Below, in pieces: positions 27,015 through 40,968 of a stretch of DNA of 64,000 nt. Position 1 is the stretch's first letter, and each line of letters opens with the position of its first letter. The notes beneath the pieces were generated by a model that saw nothing but the letters and a program-made list of their open reading frames with translations, made no database searches and had not been told where the DNA came from. The stretch covers positions 17,546,001 through 17,610,000 of the forward strand of contig OZ024751.1 in the NCBI GenBank assembly GCA_964016885.1, written 5' to 3'. Origin of the DNA: Eledone cirrhosa. Its lineage: Eukaryota. Both the position numbers and the translations under genes were made by a program.

Positions 27015-27192
27015 CACATACATATATATATTTATATGTACCTACATAAATATATATATATATATATATATGTACATGCATGTATATTTATATGTACATG
27101 CATAAATATATATATATATTTATATATGTATATATTTATATGTACATATGTATATATATTTATATGTACATATATATATATATATATTTATA

Positions 27193-27272
<80 letters not shown>

Positions 27273-27575
27273 CATATAAACCTACATAAATAAATATATA
27301 TATATATATATGTATATATATACGTACATAAATAAATATATATATGTACATGCATGTATATTTATATGTACATGCATAAATATATCTATATATATATATG
27401 TATATATATATATACATATAAACCTACATAAATATATCTATATATATTTATATGTACATACATAAATATATCTATATATCTATATATGTATATATATATA
27501 TACATATAAACCTACAGAAATATATCTATATATATATATATGAATATATATACATTCATAAATATATATATATAT

Positions 27576-27748
27576 AACGAAGGAAGTGTGGTAAGGAACC
27601 AGATGGAGCATAACGCACCAGAGTACTCAATACTTTGGTAGAGTGGTTAATTGGAAAATGTTTAACCCCGACGGCAGCGCTCAAGCTATTTCTGGACTAC
27701 AGACATAGCCGTCGATACGGCTTGAGCTCTGCCGTCGGGGTTAAACAT
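27576..27748. mobile_element. Family C fold-back cassette
   Basis: TTTAACCCCGACGGCAG...CTGCCGTCGGGGTTAAA inverted repeat. Confidence 0.7.
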
Positions 27749-27859
27749 TATATATATATATATATATGTATAAATATATATATATATATAGAAAAAGAGA
27801 TGAAATCGAAAATGCAACTGGAGTCTTATCTTATTTAAAATATATATATTTAGTTGGTT

Positions 27860-27897
27860 CCTTTACCGGTTTCGCAGTTCTTCTGCTTTTCAAAAGG
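27860..27897 (-). ncRNA. Minimal type I hammerhead with a U3-A8 core variant
   Basis: CCTT-TTGAAAA-GCAG(aagaa)CTGC-GAAA-CCGG-TA^AAGG. Confidence 0.65.
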
Positions 27898-27957
27898 TGA
27901 GTTGAGATGGAGGGTCTTTGGTTTTTCTCACATATATATATACATTTATGAACATAC

Positions 27958-28019
<62 letters not shown>

Positions 28020-28089
28020 GAACATACATAAGTGTATATATATACATTTATGAACATACCTAAATATATATATACATACATTTATGAAA

Positions 28090-28128
<39 letters not shown>

Positions 28129-28347
28129 TATACATTTATGTACATAGATAAATATATATATATACATTTATGTACATATATCAATATATATATATATACA
28201 GTTATGTACATATATCAATATATGTATATATATATATATACATTTATGTACATATATCAATATATATATATATATATATATATATTTATTAAAATAACAG
28301 ATATATATTTTCCTTATCGAGCCCTCTTTGGATTTTAGTCTTCAATT

Positions 28348-28378
<31 letters not shown>

Positions 28379-28449
28379 ATATATATATATATATATATAT
28401 AAATATATACATTTATGTACATATATCAATATGCATTTATGTACATATA

Positions 28450-28485
<36 letters not shown>

Positions 28486-28508
28486 TTTATGTACATACAT
28501 AAATATAT

Positions 28509-28577
<69 letters not shown>

Positions 28578-29001
28578 GTGATCACGATTGGAATAACCGG
28601 ATAACTGTTTTCTCCCTTCACTTAATATGTCAGCGACGATGAGGTTGGGGGCCTTACTATATGTAGAATGTGTCAATATCAGCTGTTAGTTCACCTTTCA
28701 ACACTGGTTAAATGTCTTACATATGCTTTTGTAAGCTGCCCAGTATGATAAAGAAGCATGCCGTATATAAAAATAGCTAAGGAATAGCTTATAAGTAAAG
28801 CTACTAAAATCACATATCTCTCTCTGTATGTGTGTGTGTCTGTGTGTATATATATATATATATTCAGCGCCGAAACACCGGATCGGGAAACATTTACAGC
28901 TGACGAAGGAAACACCTTTCTTCCTTTCTCCTCTTTTTCCGTCCTAACCACCATCATAAACCTTGTTTTTAGTAACCACACAGCTCCTTTCATTTCATAT
29001 A

Positions 29002-29075
<74 letters not shown>

Positions 29076-29145
29076 AAGGGCGGTGCCCCAGCATGGCCTC
29101 AGCCGGATGGCTGAAACAGGTAAAAGAGAATATATAAGAGAGAGA

Positions 29146-29178
<33 letters not shown>

Positions 29179-29351
29179 TGAGAACGAGAGAGACATAAGA
29201 GAAAAAATCACGGCCAAAAGAAGTGCGTAAAAAGAAAAATATGTACACCAACATTCGCGTTGAAAAACCTATATGCATGCATATATACTCACAGACACTG
29301 ACAAACAGCAAATACACACATACGTATAGATAGATGTAGTACCTGCGTACG

Positions 29352-29382
<31 letters not shown>

Positions 29383-29454
29383 TCCTTTTTATTAAGGCTA
29401 TATATATATATAAATTCAAAATATTAACAAAAATAGTCATTCGTGGGTCAAGTA

Positions 29455-29521
29455 TATTTTATTATACATATTTCAGAGGTACTTAGCTATCTTCAACAGT
29501 ACGTCCTCATCAGATAAAATA
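29455..29521 (-). ncRNA. Type I hammerhead ribozyme (family B-like)
   Basis: TATTTTAT-CTGATGA-GGAcGTACT(loop)AGTACcTCT-GAAA-TATGTA-TA^ATAAAATA. Confidence 0.85.
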
Positions 29522-29677
29522 AGATGATGTATGACATAACCTGACTTACAATCTATTGTAAAACTCAATCTCTGATCTATTCATTGAACCTTGTTTAACC
29601 TTTAAATATATATATATATATATATGAAAGACGTAAAAGAAGAAAATTATAAATATTAACTTACTTACTAATATTTC

Positions 29678-29760
29678 ACTCCAACTAATTAGTTTCTGAA
29701 AGGGAATAAACATGGTGTCTGAAGAAACGCGTGGAGAAATCCTTTCGTCATCAGGGAAGT
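29678..29760 (-). ncRNA. Type I hammerhead ribozyme with an enlarged loop II
   Basis: ACTTCC-CTGATGA-cGAAAGG(about 37 nt)CCTTTCa-GAAA-CTAATTAG-TT^GGAGT. Confidence 0.75.
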
Positions 29761-29862
29761 CTATTCTCAGCTAAGTTCCCAGGCAATGCATGGACACAAG
29801 GAACTTATACAAAAATAATTCAGTGGATGGAAAAAAGCATAGCGTGGACTAAGTTCCAAGAC

Positions 29863-29942
<80 letters not shown>

Positions 29943-30058
29943 CATATAAACCTACATAAATAAATCTATATATATATATGTATATATATACGTACATAAA
30001 TATATATATATATATATACGATATTAATAAATGGAAACTATATTTATAAAACCATATT

Positions 30059-30123
30059 TATTTCATTATACATATTTCAGGGATACCAAATTAAATTATG
30101 GTATGCCTTCATCAGACAAAATA
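30059..30123 (-). ncRNA. Type I hammerhead ribozyme (family B)
   Basis: TATTTTGT-CTGATGA-AGGcATACCA...TGGTATcCCT-GAAA-TATGTA-TA^ATGAAATA; compensatory change relative to the 12556 copy. Confidence 0.85.
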
Positions 30124-30696
30124 CAATATATAACAGTTTTACAAATAAGCGTTGACGTACCCTATTAAAATACAACCATTGTTTTGGGAAGTTATCCGGA
30201 TAGTGATTTGTTTATATTACTTTAATAAGTCATAGTGTTAAGGACAATTAGAAAAAGACGGAGAGAAAGAAAAAGACGGGGAGAAAAGAAAAAAACGTGG
30301 AGAAATATCGGAGAGAGAGAGATGCATGGAGAAAAAAAAAGAAGAAAGAGATAAGTAAAGACAGGAGGAAAGGAAGAAAGAAGAAAAAAGGAAGAAATAA
30401 GAAAAACAACAGAGAGATATTCAGTCAACAGACAGATAGAAAAACTCAAGAGAGAGAAATGTTATATAGAGAGAGAGGGAAATTATGAAAACTTTACGTC
30501 ATGTCATGTTAAGTTGAGTTAACAATTCATATGAAATGAATAATAAAAATAAAAATATAAATATTCATGAATGGGACATAGATATATAATATGAGAAATT
30601 AAACATTGTTTAATAATGAACATATATTTAGTTTAACCCTTGAGATCAATATACCAAATTTTGGGTTTAATTCTCAAGCAAAGACACACAAATATA

Positions 30697-30753
<57 letters not shown>

Positions 30754-30835
30754 GCACGTCCTGAAAATAGAAATTATATTTACTCAAGTCAACAATATAG
30801 ACATATAAAGCGCAGATGATTTCTCTTAATCACTG

Positions 30836-30879
<44 letters not shown>

Positions 30880-30888
<9 letters not shown>

Positions 30889-31309
30889 TGCATGTATATT
30901 TATATGTACATGCATAAATATATCTATATATCTATATATGTATATATATACATATAAACCTACATAAATATATCTATATATGTATGTATATATATACCTA
31001 CATAAATATATATATATATATTTATGAACATACATAAGTGTATATATATATACATTTATGAACATACATAAATATATGTATACATACATTTATGAAAATA
31101 CATATATATATAGAGAGAGAGATATATACATTCATGTACATAGATAAATATATATATATACATATATATACATTTATGTATATAGATAAATATATATATA
31201 TATATACATTTATGTACATATATCAATATATATATATATACATTTATGTACATATATCAATATATATATATATATACATATATACATTTATGTACATATA
31301 CCAATATAT

Positions 31310-31361
<52 letters not shown>

Positions 31362-31376
31362 TCATATATATATATA

Positions 31377-31417
<41 letters not shown>

Positions 31418-31488
31418 TTACCAATATATCAATATATATCTATATCTATATATATATATATATTTATGTACATATATCAATATGCATT

Positions 31489-31530
<42 letters not shown>

Positions 31531-31559
31531 TTTATGTACATATATCAGTATATATATAT

Positions 31560-31597
<38 letters not shown>

Positions 31598-31623
31598 ACA
31601 TTTATGTACATACATAAATAGAT

Positions 31624-31671
<48 letters not shown>

Positions 31672-31756
31672 TTATGTACATACATAAATATAACTATATA
31701 TATATATACATACATTTATGTACATACATAAATATATCAATATATATATATACATG

Positions 31757-31800
<44 letters not shown>

Positions 31801-31833
31801 GTAATCACGAATAACCGGATATATATATACATG

Positions 31834-31893
<60 letters not shown>

Positions 31894-32329
31894 GTAATCA
31901 CGAATAACCGGATAACTGTTTTCTCCCTTCACTTAATATGTCAGCGACGATGAGGTTGGGGGCCTTACTATATGTAGAATGTGTCAATATCAGCTGTTAG
32001 TTCACCTTTCAACACTGGTTTAATGTCTTACATATGCTTTTGTAAGCTGCCCAGTATGATAAAGAAGCATGCCGTATATAAAAATAGCTAAGGAATAGCT
32101 TATAAGTAAAGCTACTAAAATCACATATCTCTCTCTGTATGTGTGTGTGTCTGTGTGTATATATATATATATATTCAGCGCCGAAACACCGGATCGGGAA
32201 ACATTTACAGCTGACGAAAGAAACTCCTTTCTTCCTTTCTCCTCTTGTTCCGTCTCAACCACCATCATAAACCCTGTTTTTAGTAACCACACAGCTCCTT
32301 TCATTTCATATATTAATATATATATATAA

Positions 32330-32405
<76 letters not shown>

Positions 32406-32814
32406 GAGAGCCATAAGAGAAAAAATCACGGCCAAAAGAAGTGCGTAAAAAGAAAAATATGTACACCAACATTCGCATTGAAAAACCTATATGCATGCAT
32501 ATATACTTACAGACACTGACAAACAGCAAATAGACACATATGTATAGCTATATGTAGTACCTGTGTACGTTTATTTATATATATATATATATATTCCTTT
32601 TTATTAAGGCTATATATATATATAAATTCAAAATATTAACAAAATTAGTCATTCGTGGGTCAAGTATATTTTATTATACATATTTCAGAGGTACTTAGCT
32701 ATCTTCAACAGTACGTCCTCATCAGATAAAATAAGATGATGCATGACATAACCTGACTTACAATCTATTGTAAAACTCAATCTTTGATCTATTCATTGAA
32801 CCTTGTTTAACCTT

Positions 32815-32815
<1 letters not shown>
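30880..32815 (+). repeat. Second copy of a local segmental duplication (first copy about 27340-29605)
   Basis: Unique blocks 28575-29000 and 29180-29605 recur near-identically at 31890-32315 and 32400-32815. Confidence 0.9.
32667..32733 (-). ncRNA. Type I hammerhead ribozyme (duplicate of 29455-29521)
   Basis: Same sequence, within the duplicated block. Confidence 0.85.
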
Positions 32816-32865
<50 letters not shown>

Positions 32866-33012
32866 ATTAAAATACTGGAGCGTGCTGGAGTTAAACACCC
32901 TCTTCGTATTATAGAAATGACAGTAAAGGGTATAGCTCAATGTAATTAAACAGAGCCGAAGAATTATGAAAATAAAACAAAGAAGCCTTCAATACATCAA
33001 AAGTCTTTATTA

Positions 33013-33050
33013 GCCAACAATGTTTCGTCCTATTGAGGACTCATCAGGGC
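33013..33050 (-). ncRNA. Minimal type I hammerhead ribozyme
   Basis: GCC-CTGATGA-GTCC(tcaata)GGAC-GAAA-CATTG-TT^GGC. Confidence 0.8.
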
Positions 33051-33085
33051 AATCAAAACCACAAGAAGCACCATCGGCCAATACA

Positions 33086-33185
<100 letters not shown>

Positions 33186-33248
33186 TATATATGTTTGTGT
33201 GTGTGTGTGAAATATAAAACATTCAAATTTTAGTTTAATAGATTTAAA

Positions 33249-33542
33249 TGCTGACAATTGTTTCTTCGGGACAAATGTCTGGAATCATCGGATCATACAC
33301 AATGTTTAAACAGGTAATTATAATCCTAGTCCTCAGAACTCTTATAAAGATACGTAACTATTGACAGTGACATCATATTGAAAAGCAGGAGTGACAAAAA
33401 GATGTTATATAGATGTCACTGACACTGTCAATAGTTACGTATCTTTATAAGAGTTCTGACGACTAGGATTATAAATACCTATTTAAACATTGTGTATGCT
33501 CCGATGAACCAGACATTTGTCCCGAAGAAGCAATTGTCAGCA
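33249..33542. ncRNA. Fold-back cassette with two family A (CCGAUGA) hammerheads: 33249-33295 minus and 33497-33542 plus
   Basis: Inverted arms of about 125 bp; homologous to about 815-1000; the plus copy has GAAA changed to GAAG. Confidence 0.7.
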
Positions 33543-33942
33543 ATTATATGTATCAAACTAAAATTTAATTGCTGTATATTGTGTATCTCGGCTCTGTAAT
33601 ACATCTGATAATTTACATTGAGCCTTTCCTCTTACTGGTAATTGGGTAGTGCTTAGTACTATATATATATATATACATTTATATATGTAAATATATACAC
33701 ATTTATATGTATATGTGTATATATATATATATACACATTTATATATGTATGTATATATATACGCCTTTATATGTATGTAAATATGTATATACATATATAT
33801 ACACATTTATATATGTATGTATATATATACGCCTTTATATGTATGTAAATATGTATATACATATTTATGTATATATATATATATATATATACATATTTAT
33901 GTATATATATATATATTTATGTATATATATATATACATATTT

Positions 33943-33971
<29 letters not shown>

Positions 33972-33974
<3 letters not shown>

Positions 33975-34424
33975 AGACAAACATAGAATATTCGAAAATA
34001 TTCTGTATGTTTATAATAAACATTTTGAAGACCCAATCGCTATAGAATATTTTCGAATATTCTATGTTTGTCTTCACATATATATCGCTATTTCAGAGCA
34101 TTAAATCCAAATTCTAATTTCTGCCGGACCGGCTACCGCTCTTTCAAACCAGTTCCTGTACACAGCTAAGTATTCTATAAGTCTCTAGCTGTGTCGTTCT
34201 CGATAAAAGCATTGGATATGTAATTCTGATGATTTCTAACAAGAATGAAACGCGTAGATTACTTCCCTTGCTTTTATCGAGAATCTCAAATTGTAATACG
34301 TGACGTATTCTATTCTATAGCGATTGGGTCTTCAAAATGTTTATTATAAACATACAGAATATTTTCGAATATTCTATGTTTGTCTTCACATATATATCGC
34401 TATTTCAGAGCATTAAATCCAAAT
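33972..34424 (+). mobile_element. Retrozyme-like non-coding element (312-nt unit, direct repeat, 5' inverted segment)
   Basis: Direct repeat 34049-34112 / 34361-34424; 33972-34048 is the reverse complement of about 34310-34389; internal hammerhead; (TA)n flanks. Confidence 0.7.
34220..34262 (+). ncRNA. Minimal type I hammerhead ribozyme
   Basis: GTAATT-CTGATGA-tTTCT(aaca)AGAAt-GAAA-CGCG-TA^GATTAC. Confidence 0.85.
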
Positions 34425-34441
34425 ATATATATATTTATGTA

Positions 34442-34518
<77 letters not shown>

Positions 34519-34889
34519 GTGAGGTTTTTTTACAAAAATGAAAAAATACCGTTGGTGTCCTACACGAGTGAAAGTATAAGGACAGAGATGAAAATGCAAC
34601 TGGAGTCTTTTTTAAAATATATTTATTTGGTTCCTTTACCGGTTTCGCAGTTCTGCGCTTTCTAGCTAATGGCATTTCCCATGTTGTTGTGTGGTCTTGT
34701 ATATAAGTTTTGGACGTATTGAGGTTCGGTTTGTTGATGGTCCGGCTTGTAGATTTTGTTCCTTTGTGTGGATTTTGGAACAGGTTCTGCGTGGGTTGGG
34801 GTCTACAGTTTCGGAATAGGTTCTGCGGATCGAGTCCTGTCTTGTGCTGGGAGACATTCGTTTTTTTTTCTAGTAGGATTATAGTTTTA

Positions 34890-35565
34890 TCTATGGGTTC
34901 TGGGGTTATCGTCATAGTTTTGCTGGGGATATGTTGGACGTTTCGTTACTTTTCTTCTCATTTGCTGTGAGTGCGATGTGTGAGTGTTAGTTTGTTTTAA
35001 AAATGGGTTAACTGTATGTTGTTCATTTTTGAAATCTATTTCGCAGTTGTTGAACCAGGTAGCGTTTTTCCCCATCCCTGGAGGGATGTTAGTTCTTCAT
35101 CCTCACAATTTTCTTTCCAAAGTTTTAAGTTTTTTTCATAGAGTAGGCCTTCAGAGTGGCTTGAGATTTCTGTTTCCATCCGTTGGTCGATTGACTTGAA
35201 TTTTTCTTCATTGGAGTTGGCTCTTAATCGCAACAGTTCTATTTCTATTTTAAACTTATCTAACGTCAAGATTTTGTGTGTTTTCAGGTTCATTCGGGAT
35301 GGGTTTTATTTGGAGTTTTTTTGGGAGGATGATTGGGGTAGAGTTTAGCCACTTTTCATATATGTCTGCCATGCCATTATATTTTAGGAGATTCCAAAAG
35401 GCGAATTTGCAGGCTCTGAGATTTCGAGTCCATATATTGATTAGGGTGTTTTTCACTGACTGGACATCTAGTAGATTGGGTTCTAATGGTTGTCCCAGCT
35501 TTTGGAGCATTGCTGTTTCAATAGTTTTGATTAGTTTAGTTAATGTTGGAGTAATATTCGTCTCT
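34890..35565 (-). pseudogene. Frameshifted complex-sequence ORF remnant, probably transposon-encoded (family unknown)
   Basis: Three overlapping ORFs join into a protein-like Trp-rich helical sequence (...WTRNLRACKFAFWN...YEKW...LPKK...LLRLR...LWKENCEDEE...); embedded in (TA)n next to a hammerhead-related tail. Confidence 0.5.
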
Positions 35566-35569
35566 AGGG

Positions 35570-35898
<329 letters not shown>

Positions 35899-36615
35899 TG
35901 TATATATATATATATATATACATGTATCTATGAGCGTATATATATATATATATATATACTGTATATATATATATATATACTTATATATGAATATGTTTAT
36001 GACTGAAAACCTTCATCATAAATAAATTCTCAGCGAAGTAAACACTCTACAGGAAATGTGAACTATAAGTTTATAAAATGTAAACTATAAATATAAATAT
36101 ATATATATTATATATACATATATATGTTATAGATACATATATATATTATAAAATCCATATATATATATATATTATATATCCTTATATATGTATATTATAT
36201 ATACATATAAATATACTATATATACATATATATATTATATATACATATATATATATTATATATACATATACATATATTATATATACATATATATATATTA
36301 TATATACATATATATTAAATATACATATATATATTATATATACATATATATCATATATACATATATATATATTATATACATATATATATTATATGTACAT
36401 ATATATAATATATATACATATATATATTATATATACATATATATAATATATATACATATATATATTATATATACATATATATATATATACATATATATAA
36501 TATATATACATATATATATTATATATACATATATATATATATATACATATATATATACATATATATATACATATATATATATCCATAGATATATATATAC
36601 ATATATATACACATC

Positions 36616-36657
<42 letters not shown>

Positions 36658-36752
36658 TATATCCATACATATATATATATATATACATCCAAACATAAAT
36701 ATATATATATGTATATATCCATTCATATATATATACATATGTATATATCCAT

Positions 36753-36868
<116 letters not shown>

Positions 36869-36901
36869 AGACATACATATATACATATATATATACACAC
36901 A

Positions 36902-36933
<32 letters not shown>

Positions 36934-36947
36934 CAAATATTTACATG

Positions 36948-37165
36948 AAGGAGTGTGGCTGAGTGGTTAGAGAATTGGATTCGCAATCGTAAGGTTGTGA
37001 GTTCGATTCCTGCACCGGGCGATGCGTTATGTCCTAGAGCAAGACACTTTATTTCACGCTGCTCCTTCTACCTGGAGTTGCGACCGATACATAGTATTAG
37101 CAATTGTAAAGACCAACGGAAACATTGTTCCCTCGGTCCGATTTGACGAAAGTCGATCGTTCCTT
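36948..37165 (+). mobile_element. CORE-like tRNA-SINE head with a distinct tail of about 100 bp
   Basis: A and B boxes, GAGCAAGACACTT; tail shared with 14045-14150. Confidence 0.75.
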
Positions 37166-37303
37166 ATATATATATATCCATATATATATATCCATACATA
37201 TATATATATATACATATATATATATATCCATATATACATATATCTATCCAGACATACATATATACATATATATACATATATATATATACATATATATACA
37301 TAC

Positions 37304-37398
<95 letters not shown>

Positions 37399-38143
37399 CA
37401 TATATATATAAAAAACATGAGAAAAAAGAATACTGCTTGGTTGCACATGGGTTACATATGATAAAAATAGTCCTTCATCAGTGATTTTCCAACCTTCATT
37501 GGTATTTCATCGCTTTAAAAATCATATACCTCCAGTTGGTGCGAGCAATAGCTAAATATTGCTATTTGGACAAGTAAATCGCGTAAAGTGTGAATATGCA
37601 AATCAACGTATAAATAATTGAAAAAACAACCGTTTATTTAAATGACACTGGAGAAAGATAGGGAAGAAAGAGAGAGAAATAAAGAGAGAGAGAAAAGATA
37701 TTAATATTACGAGATAGATAGAGAGAAGAAATTTACAAGAGGATGAATAGAACCAATGTAACGTAAATATGGAGGACTAAACTTTAAGTATATATCTACT
37801 AATGATACGTATTTACTATTATTTAGTAGTTAGAATTATTTTCTAATATAATATTTACTGTTATAAGTAGATAGAATAATAAATAGATATATATAGATAA
37901 ATAAATATATATAAAAATTAGATAGAAAAATATATGGAATAATAAATAGATAGAAAAATAGGTAAATAGAAGAATAAATAGCAGGAAAAGAATGAAACGA
38001 AATTTCATTTTTCTTTTTCATTTATCGTTTTCGGTATGCCCGGCCGACTAACATACTCGATATGCAAATTAGGCTGCTCATCCGTTAATATGCATAAGGA
38101 AAGTACATACTTTCAAACGTTCAATCATCTGACAGGAAGGTAT

Positions 38144-38186
38144 ACGATGCTGACGATAGCTAATAAGCTTGAAACTAGTACATCGT
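38144..38186 (+). ncRNA. Minimal type I hammerhead ribozyme
   Basis: ACGATG-CTGACGA-tAGCT(aata)AGCTt-GAAA-CTAG-TA^CATCGT. Confidence 0.85.
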
Positions 38187-38345
38187 TCCTGTGTCAGTGT
38201 TGAACAAAAAGGCGACGATGGATTCCAAACACTGTACGGCGTTATTCGGGCTGTTTGTTTATAATAAAAGTTCGGTAAACCAATACGTACATATACATAT
38301 GTGTGCATGTATGTATGGATATACATACTACTGTACGTCTGTATA

Positions 38346-38410
<65 letters not shown>

Positions 38411-38584
38411 CGTTTCTGAATTTGTTTAGCAAGATTCTTTATCTGAAAACGTGCGTTAAAACCTATACTGTTATACTTTGGGAGGGTCATGTTGCCAATA
38501 AGCAACACACGCACCAGTTGCTTTCACTCCAATTTATTTTAAATTTTAAATTTTTTTATAAAATTCCGGTTGGCTGGTTGTGAA

Positions 38585-39050
38585 TTAGTTTACAAATTTA
38601 GAAGAGCCCTAGATAAACTTAAACTTAATATTAAGATAGTAGAAAGACCAGGTACCTCCATAAAAACACTTATTAGTAATACATACCCTTTTCAAACACC
38701 CCCCTGTATAGATAAGCAATACATAATCTGTAAACTAGAAACATAGTATATAGCATAAGATGTACTGAAGGACAATGTAAAGGTAAGAATATAGTGTACA
38801 TAGGTGAGACAGCTCGTACTATAGGAGAACGGTTAAATGAACACTGGCGAGAGCTCAAGATAGAAAAGAATCATTAATATTCCAACAACATGCTAAAATA
38901 GAACAGAAGGGCAAATTAGAGAACATAGAAATAAAAATAAAATCTACAAACAGAAAAGACGCAATGTTTAGACAAATCACATATGCAATAAACATAAATG
39001 AACTCCAACTAAAATTAAATAGAAAACATAAATGGAATAGCAACATCACA
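38585..39050 (+). pseudogene. Penelope-like (Neptune-type) GIY-YIG endonuclease fragment
   Basis: Frameshifted KIVERPGTSIK / NIVYSIRC...VYIGETARTIGERLNEH / DAMFRQI...LNRKHKW. Confidence 0.8.
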
Positions 39051-39761
39051 ACTTAGAATTAAAGACAAAATGAAAACACACACACATATAACAAACAACC
39101 AACCAGTAACATGTAAATAAACAAATAAATAAACAAATAAAAACACACACAGACACCCGGATGTAACATGTTGAAGACAGCATATATATGTGAAGGTATG
39201 TATATTTCCTCTGATAGTTTGTAATATTTTTACATAGATCTATATGATATACATACCAACACACATATATATCCTAGAAACGATCGTAAAATGATGAATG
39301 TTTTAATATAGAACTTGTTCTTTGTTTTTATTCATTGTTTTTATTAATTTATTTTGAATTATTTTTCCTATGATTTTCGTCGATAATTTTTGAATGCATC
39401 TTCTTTTCATGATATTTGGATTACATTGAGTTCTTGATAAGGATGGGCACTACTGTATATTTTGGTAGATTTATCTACATATATATATATAATATATATT
39501 ATAATAAGCTATATATTGTAAGGTATTATCGTCTGACGTCTCCCAACAATTCTGCATTATATCAGAGATTTATATAATGTCTCAATCTTTAGCTTGAGTA
39601 AATTAATGTTTGCCAGTTGCCTGTAAGACTCACTTAGCAGATGTTTATCGCAACATCTTGTCTGAACTTTTGCCGAACACTAGTATTATAAATATAAGTA
39701 TCTGCATACAATCACACGCACACACACACATATTTATATGCATACACGCATATGCGTGCAT

Positions 39762-39822
<61 letters not shown>

Positions 39823-39854
39823 TATACATATGTATATGCATACACACATATATG

Positions 39855-39912
<58 letters not shown>

Positions 39913-39980
39913 GTTCACAACGGTTCTTTGACAGTTGTTTCAGATATATTCATACATATATATACATATATTCATATTCA

Positions 39981-40018
<38 letters not shown>

Positions 40019-40191
40019 CATGTCTTCATACATGTATACACATGCATACACATACATATATACACATGCATACACATACATATATACGCATACATACACA
40101 TAGATATGTACACATGTATATACACACACACATATATACATATATATATATATAGAAAGATTTGAATGGATACAGTTTAGTTGAAAGGAAT

Positions 40192-40308
40192 TTATTGACA
40201 CGTGTTTCTATAACAGTTACATAACCTAAAACAGCTATCTACAAACTTTTAGTTATGCAGACATTCAATATTTCAATGTTATTGTTTACTGTCATTTCAT
40301 CAGAATAA
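40192..40308 (-). ncRNA. Hammerhead ribozyme with a long stem II (inverted pLTR copy)
   Basis: Reverse complement of 43461-43577. Confidence 0.75.
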
Positions 40309-40898
40309 TATTACTGAGGACCTATTTAGTTTTTATAGAGAATATTAGGAGGAAGGGGTGAAGTTGTTAGAAGAATAGTTGAAGGAGTGGTTTTTCGATA
40401 GCAGTGAGAATTCTTGGTGGCAGTGATTAATTAGATTCCCATCTGTTGTTTTGACATTTTTTATAGAATATATTATTGGTTATTTTTCTAAATCTATAGA
40501 AGGATTAGAGATAGTAAAGATATGCGTGGTTGGTTTTGTGTTTGCACTTAACATTCAGACTTAAATTTTTCTTTCAAGTGTACGTATTCTTTCACCCACG
40601 CATTCACACACAAATATATTTGCACACCTCTACAAAATACATATACTCACAATTCACATATTCATACTTACATATATATACACATGCATACACATATATA
40701 TACACACTTGTATTCATGTACATACATACGCGCTCATGTGTATACATTTTTATACTCAACTTATCTTTATATATACACACGTATAGACACACACATATAT
40801 ACATACATACTCTAGTCCATGTGTACACACATACACATACATACACATCCATATACACATACATACATACACACATATATATACATACATACATATAC

Positions 40899-40945
<47 letters not shown>

Positions 40946-40968
40946 CATATATACACACATATACACAC

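Noticed and set aside
28863-28925. GCCGAAAC followed by CTGACGA (also at about 32175-32230)
   Set aside because: The order suggests a type II hammerhead, but no consistent stems could be built.
38411-38462. GTTT-CTGAATT...GAAA-ACGTGCGT-TA-AAAC
   Set aside because: The core lacks G8/A9 and stem II is unconvincing; at best a decayed motif.
40819-40968. N-terminus of the computed 561-aa ORF
   Set aside because: It derives from the microsatellite part of the inverted pLTR; real homology starts at about 40969.
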